A DNA stretch of 64,000 nucleotides from Asterias rubens. Lineage: Eukaryota. The DNA lies in the NCBI RefSeq assembly GCF_902459465.1, contig NC_047067.1, forward strand, positions 12,028,001 through 12,092,000, written 5' to 3'. The notes beneath the pieces are model-generated. The model ran no database searches, was not told the DNA's origin, and was given only the letters and a program-made list of their open reading frames with translations. Positions 13,536 through 26,206 of the stretch are shown in pieces; within the stretch, counting starts at the first letter, position 1; the number at the start of each line of letters is the position of its first letter. Made by a program: the position numbers and the translations under genes.

Positions 13536-15228
13536 CGGGCTTATATATCATCAAAAATCGGATCTACACCTTAAACTGCGCAATGGCACTCATGGTAAAG
13601 TTGACAACCAATACATTTTATTTAATAACTTTACAGTAAATTTTCATATCAACGCAAACAACAACTGAAGAAATTCCTGTTCAACTTATTCAATGCTTGA
13701 CCTTATTGCGTTTATTTACAACATCCGGGGCATACTGTAGAGAACCTGAGATGGAAAGACAAAATCCCAATGATTATTAGATTTAGAAATATGTTCATTG
13801 CAAACAGAGATTCATATCGTGAGAGAGATTCGCAGCGATTTGTTGGTAACAGCGCCCTCTCATTGTAAGCAATTGTGTCAAAGTCCTACATACTAACATT
13901 ACATGCAATGTACATGTACATAAACGACACGTGGACACAACATGCAGACGACTAAAAGCTCACGTCCATATCTGTGTTTTGATTGGTGCGAGTGTCGGCT
14001 GCGCCAATGGTCACCTCCGACCAATCAAAGCACAGCTACGGAAAGCTTACGTCACTACACGTTTATCCAATGAAATCATTGTACCCAATGGAATCGCTGG
14101 TTCTAAAAAGCAAGCACATGTTTAAAGACAGGGGACCAGTCTAGGCTTCCACAAAAGAATAATGTTTTTGTACTGTTCCTTCAGTCAGTCTCGCCCCTAC
14201 CAAAAGGAGGGAAAAACATACTCCTTGTGAATAAGAATCGAAGCTTTAGCATTTTAGAGCGGTATTTTCTGAAACTACACGAGTTTAAAGAAATACAAGG
14301 CAAAAAAACTCTAAAAGAAATATAATTATTAATCCTTGATCGTGAATTGCACTGGTATAATTTTATATTCCCCAAGTGACTGATGGAACCGCCCGACCCA
14401 CAGGCTAGGTGGGTCTATTATAACATTGAGTTGAGACTTCTTCACGTTCAAGAAATTCCTTACATTGTTATTGGACAAGCTTGTTACCAAGTAAATTCCG
14501 GTGTATGCAAATCATATTCTTATGCAAATTTATCGTCTCTGTGCTTTTGGATAGGAAAAAAGGCAAGAACAGCAAAGCTGTATAGTTTTACACGGGACGG
14601 CGAACGGACAACATGGCGACTCGTCGTGGTGGATTTGGACCTCGCGTATCGGACGAACTTGATCAGAGTTTCACTGTATATAAGTGACTCAAACTGTATT
14701 TCTATCTTTGAGTAGTTACTAGTCACATAGAGAACATTAGCTATGACATTCTGGAGGCAAAATGTACTTAAAACTTCAGACGAAAGTGACAAACATGGGC
14801 ACTTTTGCTATGGTGGATTATTTTCACCAAAGCTAGAGCACACCTCTCTCCAAAAAGTCTAATTTTGTAGTCGAGTTTACAACCTGCTTGAGAACTCTTT
14901 TTTGAGTTTTCGTGGGTTTGAGAATTCCTCGAAGTTTGACAGAACATTGTCGCCGGTGTACTCAACCAAACTACCGGTGTCATGGACTGACTTTGATGTT
15001 GAGCTTGCGAGTAGAGCTGGAAAGTTCCAGGAGTTTGTACATTCTTCAAAGAGACGACCACTTCACAACTGTCGGAAATGAACACCTTTCGAATGGACTC
15101 GCATTCTCCTGCTGAGCTTTCGCTTTTTGCTTGCGAGCTCCGTCGAGTTAGATGCTCTTCCCCATGTATGGACCGAACTGAGTTATCTGGATAATTGAAC
15201 TTGAATTTGAAATATTAACACATTTAAG

Positions 15229-15715
15229 TGACTGGTGTCAGAACTTTGAAACTTTAATGCCCACTTGGTGAAGAAAGAAGATATATGGATTGTGTGGTAT
15301 GGTAATTGGTGAAGAAAGAAGATCCATGGATTGTGTGGTATGGTAATTGGCTACAAGTCGTCCAAGTGACAAAAGGCAAGAACTTTAAAAAAAAGTGACA
15401 TTTGAGTTTTGAGTTTCAGAGCTCATCACTTTTTGCTGACTGTTGTCAGAACTTTGAAACTTTCATGCCCACTGGTGACTGGGTGAAGTCAGAAGATCTA
15501 TGGATTGTGTGGTATGGGTTTGGCTTCAAGTCGACCAAGTGGTAAGAAAAGAACTTTAAAAGTGACTTTTGAGTTTTGAGTTTCAAAGCTCAGCACTTTT
15601 TGCTGACTGTTGTCAGAACTTTGAAACTTTTATGCCCACTGGGTGAAGAAAGAAGATCTATGGATTGTGTGGTATGCGTTTGGCTTCCAGTCGACCAAGT
15701 GGTAAGCAAAGATCA
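15229..15715 (+). repeat. Tandem repeat, ~167-bp unit, ~2.6 copies
   Basis: TGACTG(G/T)TGTCAGAACTTTGAAACTTT starts at ~15229, ~15437 and ~15604. Confidence 0.85.
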
Positions 15716-18514
15716 TTAAGATGACGCTAAGTGGAAATCTAACCCCATTTCTTCCCAGTAACTGGCAGGTATCTGTTCATCTCGGTACTTGTTGATGTTG
15801 TCTACTACTATTGTCAATGGTTGAAGTCATCTACAATTTTTCTGAGAGGATTTCCTTGGTGTCGGGGCATTTTGGTCGTGGCCAGAGTGATGCATTGAAG
15901 TTAAAAAGTTTCTCTTGGAACATTTCCTATGGTTTGGAAGAAGCTCATGATGACTTGTTGTCATTTTGTTGTTAGACATTGGCATGATTAATTCTTTAAT
16001 ATTTTAGTATCAACTGTTCAGTTATAGATGACCCAGCAACTAGGGCACTGAATTTGGTGACATTTGGTTTCCTCTTTCAAACTAAGGAGAACTAGTAAAA
16101 ATCACAGACGTTTCTAGAAGCATCAAACCTCTTTGAGATTAAGCATTTATTCAACACTAGTGAATCTCTTAATTAAATTAATGGAGATTATTAAATACAA
16201 TGAAAATGATTGTTAGCAAATGTAAAATGCGTGCATCAAAATAAAACATAATCTGATTGAAATAAGTGTTTTATTTCTTCAGGAATAAACTTGTAAAAAA
16301 AAATGAAATTCCCCATCCCCCTCTTAACTGCTCCCAAATAGTGTAAATCAATGTTAAGGCAATTTGTGTACAATATATACTTGATAGATGATGATTTTCT
16401 TATCAAGGGGTATTTAATGGTTAATTTATAAATCTTTTGATATTTCTGATGAATAAATAAGATCCATTGTTTGTTAGCGGATGGACATTATGGCCCGCTT
16501 CAAAAAAAATAAAATTAAAAATTCTCAAACTTAGGTTTCAAGGCGCTGCGCAATCATTTTTCCTAGGTTATATTTTAATTACTAAAAAACAAAATAGAAA
16601 AACTATTTTCTTCATGAAGCTTATTCCGAACAGTGTAAAACATTTTAAGTGAAAAATTTTTCAGTGTTTACCTAGGCCTATTAGATGTTGATTTATTTCA
16701 GTTAGGAATATTAAAATGGTTAATTTAAAATTAATCATTTAATACTTCTGAGTAATCAATTACATCATTTGGTTGCTGCAAGCGATTAAGGTGCCTAAAA
16801 CAATTACAAAAAACAATAATTGTCCAAAACAATAATTGCTTTGTCAGCGCTGCGCGACATGCACTGCATCGAGGAGTCAGCAAAAAAAAAAAAAAAAAGG
16901 AGGAGGAGGAGGAGGAGGAGGCAGACAGAAAACAGACCTGCAGAGAAAAAGACATAAGAAGACATCCCTCTACATGGTGTGTTGTGGTAAGTATAATAAT
17001 GGGTTACAGAAATGGGACATAGAGTCGGCTCAAAACTTAAAGTGTTGTCTTTCCAAAGGTTCATCTCACTTGTTGATGTTGTCTACTAATATTGTCATTG
17101 GTGATGTCATCCACTCTTTTCTGATCCGGTTTTCTTGATTTGAGGGCATTTTGGTCGTGGCCAGAGTGATGCCTTAAGTAAAATAGTTTCTCATCGACCA
17201 TTTCTAGGTGTATGAAAGAAGCTGATTTTGTTGTCATTTTAAAGTTATACCTCTGTATTCATTCGCTAATACTTGAGACTGTAATGCACTTTGCAATCAG
17301 TTTGTTGTTCTCTAAATAGTTAGCTAAATAATATTATTTTGTAAGTCTATATAAACTGTAATTTTTGGGTGGCTATTTAAATAGCTTCCCAAAGTAAAAG
17401 TTTACATAGACTTACAAAAGTATACAACACATACCACATAAAAACTTAAAATAAAATCCCTGTTTCATGTCAAGAATCCCACAACACTTTCTCTAGAGCT
17501 AGTAAACGTTTGCCCCTTTTAAATCATCAAACCATTTTTAGAGAAAATGTTGTATTATATTAACATTTTGTAATGATTTTGTTAAATGAAGTAAATCATT
17601 TTTGTAGGATATCCCTAAAAAAAAATTGCTTACTTCACGAAAGTAATTAAAACCTACCCAATGAACACTAGAACAACTTATTAATGATAAATCAGTGTGT
17701 GCCCTGTGCACAAACTGACTAAAATTATAATTTTACCACATTTTTTTTTGTTTAAGATGAACTTGGCATAAAGACCCAACCCTTAACAATAGTGTTAAAC
17801 CATGTGAACTTGGTTAACATCAGGTAAACACAACAAAAAGCATTTGCAGTCAGTTTTTACACTGATAAGTTGATGACCTCTTTCAGTTAGAGATTAAGTT
17901 AATCGTTTAGTATTTCTGACAATTCACAAAACTTAGTTTCTTAGAGCGCTCCGCGGCAGGCAGGCAGGCAGGCAATGTGTTGCAAAGCGAGCCAAAAAAA
18001 AAAAAAAAAAAAAAAACACAGGAGAAGAAACAAGAAAGAGAGAGGTGTAACAAGAAACAGCTGAAACAAAGAAAAAGACACAAGAAGAAAATCTTGGTGT
18101 TAATGGTGATATTGGTATGTATAATGGTAAGTTGGTTAGCAGGGCATAGATTTGGCTTAGAACTTAAGTGTTGTCTTTCAACAGCTCCATGGCGATGCTA
18201 CTTGCTGTCATCGAGTGCTAAAGATGAAGACAGCTCCCTGGGTTGGTAATGTCAGGTCTTTAGCCCGGTTCATACTTCCTGCAAATGCTTCGTGCGAAAT
18301 GAATTTCTCTCCGCACAAAATTCTCTTCCAAAATTTGATTCGCATTCGCAGGAAGTATAAACCAGGCTTAAGAGGTACCAGACAGACAAGTTTGGAACTA
18401 CCAGAAGTACACAGATAGCCAATAGGTTAAGTACCAGCTGGACATGGGTAAGATCATGGTAAAGTCAGTGTTAACCACAGATTTCTCTCGTACATTATTA
18501 ACCCTAAAATTTTT

Positions 18515-18740
18515 CTTTGACAGCAACTAATCACAATTTACTTTAACAGTCAATAATCTTTTTCTTTTTTTCGACAGCAAATAATCACAATTTTCTTTCA
18601 CAGCGAATAACCATGTTTTTTTCCTTTGACAGAAAATAATCACAGTTTCCTTTCACAGCGAATAACCATATTTTTTTCTTTCGACAGCAAATAATCACAA
18701 TTTCCTTTCACAGCCAATAACCATATTTGTTTTCTTCCAA
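18515..18740. repeat. Tandem repeat, ~66-bp unit
   Basis: GACAGCAAATAATCACAATTTTCCTTTCACAGCGAATAACCAT recurs about 3.5 times. Confidence 0.8.
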
Positions 18741-20015
18741 CCAATGAACTACTTATACTCCATTCATAACCAACACTTTTTTTTTTTTTTGACAGATTAC
18801 AACCTGTTTCCATCAAGCAGGGCCCAATATGACAGAGCTGCTAAGCACACAAATTTGCTAAGCATGACATTTTTGCCTGGATAAAAACTGGATTACCAAC
18901 CACATTTCCACATAGTTTTCAGGATAAGCAAACAACAGCTGATTACAAGTAACAAGCAATATGCCACAAATGGAAATTTGGTTAGTAATCCTGTTTTTAA
19001 CGAGGAAGAAATTTCATGCTAAGCAAATTTGTGTGCTTAGCAACTCTATGAAGTTGGTCCCTGGCAATTTCCATCCTGACTGCTTAAGTACAAGGTAAGA
19101 AAAAAGATTATATGAAATTAAGATACCTAACTAACCCTTCTGTACTTTTTGTTTGGCCCACAGTTCAGACATCTTTTCATCCTAGGACACATCTCTTCAT
19201 CCTAGGCATCTCTTAAAGGGACATGGCGCCTTGGATTGGGCAAGTTCGCCTATGCAAAGCATTTGAAACTGTTTGTAAATATGCTTTGAAATTCCGTGGT
19301 TTTCCTTACACTCATGAACTAGCACGGCACCCCAATTAAATGGCAGACCGTATTAGTTCACAGAGTAAAAGGAAAAAAAACACATGCAAATTCGAGGCAT
19401 ATTCTGTTTGGAACACTATATTTTACTTGTAAAACATCTTTGTAGTCCAACTCGCCTGATTCAAGACAACGTGCCCCTTGAGGTTTGGTAAGTTATTGGT
19501 AAGCTCAGCTAAACATGATGTAGTGATGCTAATTTTTCTTTAGAACTTTTTCTTTTCAGATACCAGATCTGATGAGGCATACTCTTCCTGGAAGCAGTCT
19601 GGCAGTTTTCACTTCAAGCATGGCAAGTGTTTTGGTAATGTATATCAGTTATAAATTCAAAGGTCCCTTGTTGCATTTTGTTGTAACTGGCATGGTTCAC
19701 AATTCAATTGTGTTGCATTCGGATGTATTTAGCAGGGTGTAGAGGGACCTCAATTGGAAGAAATTATGCAATACATCCAATCTCCCACTCACTGGGCTTG
19801 ACATCTTAAAAGAAGAAACCTTACTTCTGTAAATTCTTAAAATTGTTTGTCGTTAGAAGACTTTGGAATGGATTATCTATAAATTATTCTGTACACTAGT
19901 CTCTCATTTCTCTCTTTCTTTAGATATAAATTGATGTACAGCAGTTGGAAACAATAATTTTCAAAAATTGTTCCTCTCACTGAACACCTTTACAGTAGTA
20001 ACTTATTTGGATTTA

Positions 20016-20394
20016 AAGACACGGGACCTAATTGGTAATTGTCAAAGACTAGTCTTCACACTTGGTGTATCTCAACATGCATAAAATAACAAACCTGTGA
20101 AAATTTGAGCTCAATCGGTCGTCAAAGTTGCGAGATATTAATGAAAGAGAAAGGAAAAAAACACCCTTTGTCGCATCATGGTCACACCAGACGATTGATT
20201 TCGAGACCTCAAATTCAAAATTTGAGGTCTCGAAATTGTGGAAAATTACTTCTTTCTCGAAAACTACGTCACTTCAGAGGGCGCTGTTTCTCACAATGTT
20301 TTATACTATCAACCTCTCCCCATTACTTGTATTGAAGAAAGATTTTATGATAATAATTATTTTGAGTAATTACCAATAGTGTCCACTGCCTTTA
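20016..20394. mobile_element. MITE family A
   Basis: Family A interior with right TIR AGTGTCCACTGCCTTTAA. Confidence 0.85.
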
Positions 20395-20749
20395 ATGTAG
20401 TTGATAGGCATTTATTGTACATACCAAATTTTCTCCTAACATCTCCATTACCTCTTCATTTGCACAGATACTGAGAGATACTGGAAGTGATGAACTCTCC
20501 ATGGATGGAGTCTCTGGCAGTTTGAACTTCAGCCATGGCAAGGAATTTGGAAATGTACCAATGACAGTTGCAAGGTAAAATTTGACTTCTGGAAAAGAAT
20601 TCAACAGATGCTAAATTTGCATCAGGAGATAAAGAATATTAATTTTGATTTTTCACGTACCGGTGCACCGACATGTATGCAGTGATAACACACATCGTGT
20701 AAGGGTAAAACCAATTTAGCATCCATATCATTGTGGTTCCAACTATAGC

Positions 20750-20870
20750 AACGGGTTTGAATTGTCTCTAGCTACCAGGCAATCTTGGTGGTCTAGTGCG
20801 GTGAGACACTGCTCTAGAATCGCAAAGGTCGTGGGTTCGAATCCCATCCAAGCAATTTGCCTGTGATTTT
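20750..20870 (+). mobile_element. tRNA-derived SINE (double B-box type)
   Basis: A-box TGGTCTAGTGCGG and B-box GGTTCGAATCCC. An inverted relative lies at 37985-38200. Confidence 0.6.
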
Positions 20871-21541
20871 GTGAGAACGCAGGGAAGTATTTAGTGTGTG
20901 GTGCTAACACACAGGCATTATACTTCATGGAGAAGCCTCCATGCCCCCTGGTCATTGCCTTTGTGCCCTTGAAATGCTCAAGATGAAATTTACAATCCTC
21001 ATAGGGTTCCCTTTAACAAGAGGAAAATGCATTGGTGCCCTTGCCCTTTAAAAAAAAAAAAAAAAGCATACTGGCCTCAACACACACTGGTGTCAAAGTA
21101 ATACCAACACTAATAATATGGATTGGAAGGGATTCACCAAACAAGAGCTTTTAGGAACTGTTTCGCACCCCCAGCTGCTTAGTACAAACAAATAAAAGCA
21201 ACCAATTATTCAAAAGTAATTCTCCTACATATTGCATCTTCAAAAGAGCAACCTACTTGATTTCAACTCTTAAAGAGGTGTTTTGTTGTCACAGACCAAT
21301 TTGGATTAAAGTTGATCAGTCCTAAAATGCCTGCTTTCAAACTTCTCAAACCGACAACAAATAAAAAACATTATACCATATCTACATAAAAAGGGGGGAA
21401 AAGTAGAATGTAAAATCTTATATAGTTGTACATCTTTTCTTTAAACCCTCTTAGGTCTGATACCGGAGTTGATGAACTACTGATGCAGTCTGGCAGTTTT
21501 CACTTCAGGTATGGCAAGGAATTGGGTAATGTATCAGTTTA

Positions 21542-21910
21542 AAGGAACGCATTACCTTGGATCGGAGGAGTTGGTCGTTGAAAGCGTTTGCAACCGTTGG
21601 TTATGAAATGCATATGATTAAATAGATATTTTAAAAGTAGAATGTAATTGATGCACACAAACACGACTCGAAATTGGATGGTTTTACTTTTACATCTCGA
21701 AGAAACATGGTCGGCCATTTTGTGGAGTCAAAATTTTGACACGCCAACCGGTTAGTTCGCGATGTAAAATGTAAACCGTGCAACTTTTAGTGATACTTGT
21801 GTGCATCATAATCTGCTTTTAAAATAAATTTATACCATCTACATTTCATAACAGTTTTCAAACGCTTTTCAAAGACCAACTCATCTGATCCAAGGTAACG
21901 TGTATCTTTA
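21542..21910. mobile_element. MITE family C (TTAA, TIR AGGAACACGTTGCCTTGGATCGG)
   Basis: Palindromic ~370-bp element. The cleanest copy is 51984-52365; degenerate copies at 19212-19480 and 38720-39492. Confidence 0.8.
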
Positions 21911-21995
21911 AGTTACAAGGTTAAAGTTTGACTATTAGACCAAGCTTCTTGGATATCTCATTTGAAGAAACAGATGGAAGAGATCCTTAAAACCA

Positions 21996-22438
21996 TAGAC
22001 CTATCCATTAAGCTCCGCCCCATTGCATATTGACCAATCAAAACACAACGAAGGTCCTACAAATAAGGTCCGACATGCGTGCGCGTATGCTTGGCGTATA
22101 CTCGGCATATGCTTGGTGTATGCTTGGCGTAGGCGTATGCTTGGCGCGTGCGAAAAGGAATCCCATGAATTATGTAAATTGCACACAGCGCGTGCGCACT
22201 AACATTTTGGTTGGCAAAATGAGAGAAAATCGCGCTGTTTTGTACACGGCTAATGGCTGCGTGACGCAGACGCGATTGCGCATCTGCTTAGTGCACAACT
22301 CTATGGTGTTTGCCAACCAATAGGGTATGTACGTATGTGTAAATGTAATTAGCATATTTCATGGGAAGGGTCCATTGGAGAGGCTCACGTGTTCTTGCTG
22401 TCACGTGCATCGTGGGCGGAGCCTAATGGATCGGTCTA
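21996..22438. mobile_element. MITE with TIR TAGACC.ATCCATTA.GCTCCGCCC
   Basis: TAGACCTATCCATTAAGCTCCGCCC at the left end and GGGCGGAGCCTAATGGATCGGTCTA at the right end; TSD not clear. Confidence 0.65.
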
Positions 22439-23034
22439 TTAAATCTACCACAGCATTGGACTTAAAATATTTAAAGGAGCAGCCTAGCTGATTTCACCTC
22501 TTAATGATGATTGTTGTTATAATAGTTTGGAATTGAATTTTATGAGTCATATTTGTAGAATTTTTTTAAATTTAAGAAATTTGAATGCAAGCATTTTAGT
22601 AAAATATTTGCATTCAAATTTCTTACATTTTAAAATAATTCAATGAACTATCTCTCTTCTAAAGTTTTTGGGATATAACTGAATACAACTCATTCATACA
22701 GTCTTGTACTTTTAGCTTATAGTCCCAAAGAATTCACAATTCAAGGTTCCCCGGGGAAGGGGGGTGGGGGTGCTGCATATCCCACACTTGAAACCTTTTC
22801 ACTGCTGGGCTCTCGGACTAGATGGCAAGGATTGTGGTGATCACTCTAATGTAAGGTTTAACTGTAATTGAATGAACAAAAGAGAGTTTTCCAAACTTCC
22901 TCTTACCCCAAGTTTTCAAACTATTTTTTTCTTGTCTTATATAGCCCGGTAGGATTCTGGTACATGGTACATAAGTGAACCCGACTGTGATGTGCCCAAG
23001 TCCTCCACCAGGTCGCACAGGTAAGTGCAAGGCT

Positions 23035-23430
23035 ATAAATTCTACCTGGATGGATATCACAAAGAGGACTAGTCTTATCTGAAGTAACTTGTCCTAACTT
23101 TGAACCCGCCTTAAGTTTTATTAATTCCTACAGAGTCATGGGTGTGAAACTGACCCTGGTACTAGTCCTAAAGTACTAGTCCTAAAGTCCTAAAATAGGA
23201 CTATCTTTGTGACATTAACCCTGGTTTTAGTAGTAAAGTCCTAAGTTAGGACTATCTTTGTGAAATTGACCCTGGTACTGGTCCTAAAGTACTAGTCCTA
23301 AAGTCCTAAAATAGGACTATCTTTGTGACATTAACCCTGGTTTTAGTAGTAAAGTCCTAAGTTAGGACTATCTTTGTGAAATTGACCCTGGTACTGGTCC
23401 TAAAGTCCAAAGTTAGGACTAGCTAGCGAT
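23035..23430. repeat. Family E MITE with internally amplified ~115-bp tandem unit
   Basis: Alternating CTATCTTTGTGACATTAACCCTGG / CTATCTTTGTGAAATTGACCCTGG blocks. Confidence 0.75.
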
Positions 23431-26206
23431 TAACTTGATTGCTAGCTAGACCAGCATGCAATGCATTCCACGCCTACGCGCCCATACCGATAAGGTCTAT
23501 GAGGGCGCACTATCTATATAAATCCTGCAGTGACAACGTGGGCAAAATTTCATAGAGCTGCTCAAGCAGAAAAAATGCTCAGCGCAACAAAATGTTGCTT
23601 ACCAGAGTGAGGTTACCAACCAAACTACCATAATATGTGTACAATTTGTAACTGGTATCCTGCTAGTTTCTGGTAAGCAGGAAGTTGTAAAGCAATAGTG
23701 TCTGCTTAAAGCAGCTCTATGAAATTGGTCCATTGGCCTAGTAAGGTTTCCGAGTTGGTGGCTACATCTCCCGGTTATGACTCGTTGCAGGTGTTGCTAA
23801 GGAGGTGCTGTACTTAAACGCATGATGCAGAAATCTAGCCAGAGCTGTAGCCACTTATTCTGACATGGCCTGGGCCCAATTTCATCAAGCTCTTCAGCAG
23901 ATATTTCTCTAAGCAAAGTTCTTGGTTAAGCATGAAATGTTCAAGGTATCAGTCACAGAAATGGCAACTGGGTATTCTGGCTGGTAACATATCTTGCTCA
24001 GCAAAAACTAGGTTTTTTGCTTATACTATGTTGTGCTTATAGGCTTTATGAAAATGAGCCCACCATTGCCCATTCTAATTTCATAAAGCCTGTAAGCACA
24101 AAAAACTTGCTTAACACAGAACAATATCGTGTAACAGAAACAAGTTACCAGCCAAATTTACATATAGTTTTCAATGTGGCAACTGGTGGCCATAAAATTG
24201 GGCCCATGTAGATGGTTGAATAGACTTTATCAAGTAAGAACCATTTTGTTGTTCCCCTGATAAACTCATATAACTAGCCAAACCGAGGCTTGGATGAAAT
24301 TAGTCTGGTCCCTCCATAAGCAATGAGAACTAGACATTATTTTGATCATTATATTAGTACTAGTATGTAGGGAACTATGTCCAAACCATTAATGTGTGTA
24401 TGCGTTCATATTACATGATTATGTTGTTTCAATGTAGTTTGTAGTAATTCAGGCAAACTTTTCCTCCTAGCCGATACTCCGCAAGGCTCAGATAAAGCTG
24501 GGACCAGACAGCGCTATTTTATTAAATGAGTCCAATCAAGAATAAGTGCCAGTAATCACTTTGTGCGCAAAATTGCATGAACAATACTTTGTGATTATTG
24601 GTTCAATAGCAATCAAAGAATTTGTTAAATTAATGCAATCTGTGCAATTCATATAACATGTACCTGTCATAAATTCATTCACAGATGCTTTGGAAACAAA
24701 TGTTTGTATGAAGAAAGATCTTGGATGATACACGCTTGCATTGGCTGAAAGTGGAAAAAACAGTGTTCGTTTGGTTTCACTCTTGCAATTAATGGCAATG
24801 CAAATAAATTGTTGGAAGTGCAGCAGTTTTCGATAGTCTAAAACATCTTGAGAAACATCACTTCGAAGAAATATGGTTAAGTAAAAAGATATAAGTTTAT
24901 CCCCAAAATTTGAATAAAATTTGAAGCATTTCTGTCACTATGTTTGAAACATGTTTCTCAGAATGTGTACTCCTATTATCTTCTTGCGTGTATTATTTAC
25001 TCCTGATTTTCGGCTATAGGTACAAAACGCGACCACCATTCGCATGGGAATATGTGACATGTTAATTTTGTTGTATACACAACATATTTGTATAGGATTA
25101 GAACAATTGAAAACAAGGATAGAGCCCTATAGTGAGGGGGGGGGGGGGTGGGTGTAGAAAAATGCTATATATTTGTATAATAGTCTTTGTGGAAGGCACG
25201 GCAGTGTTCCTTTTATTACTTGACTATGCGGGTGCATCAAAACGATAGTGGGCGCTGTTTATGAAAACGTGATTTCTTCATCGACTGGTTCATGGCTTCG
25301 AGCAAATGTTTAAAAATGTCAGCATTGAGTCGCTGAAAATTAAACGTGTGAATATTTGTTTGCACTTATATATAAGGACTCGGGAAAGTACTGAGTATAC
25401 AGTACTGAGTATACAGTGCTAACACACATCGGTGTATGGGTAAAAAAAAAAAAAAAAATTAATATTCTTGATCCCCGATGCAAATTTAACATCTATTACA
25501 CTTATATATACCTACACCTTTGATGTACTATGGCCTATGTGATATTTATGCGTAAATAATAACCTAATGATTTGAAGTCAAATGAGGTGTAACTTTGAAA
25601 TTTATTTGAATGTGTTTTGATCCTTAATTTTCCCTGAAATGCAACGATGCTCATAACAAAGAGACTACCTCAGTGAGATGTTGAACAGTTTGCTTAATAC
25701 ATTTACTTATCTTTAATAAGGGACGGTAAGGAATCGTATAATTTACCTGAAGTTGCACTAAGGATCAGGGCAAAATTTCAAAAAGCTAAGCAGTATTTTC
25801 GTTTTTGCAAATGTCTTCGGCTCAGCAGATGGCTCGGGTATCGGTTGCAGCTTAGTATTCGTCGAAGTGTTAATCTGGGAACCTATTTTTGCTGAGCAAA
25901 AGTTGTTTGCTGTGCTAACCTAGTTTTTGTGCTTCGTTTTCTGTGCTAAGCTAGTTTTTGTGCTTCGAAGGCTTTATGAATTTGAGCCCAGATCGAACGC
26001 TGTAGATCATCGTCTACTGTTTTAGTAAGACTTGTCTAGAATAGATAATTTACTCTCGAACTCTAGGCAGGTTGTACTGTTTGGAATTGTGAAAGTCTTG
26101 ACTTTACAATTTTAGGAGCGAAATGGGTTTCTATTATAAGCTATACTATAGTTGGTTGGCGGTCTGGTTCGTTCCGATCCACCACACAGCGCTTGGGCCT
26201 TAGTTA

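Noticed and set aside
16836-18249. Lys/Gly-rich ORFs at 16836-17138 and 17977-18249
   Set aside because: They derive from poly-A and (GGA)n low-complexity tracts.
19590-21520. Conserved in-frame TGA on the minus strand (LK*KLPD) as selenocysteine
   Set aside because: The third copy has TTC, no SECIS is evident, and the splice signals favour the plus strand.
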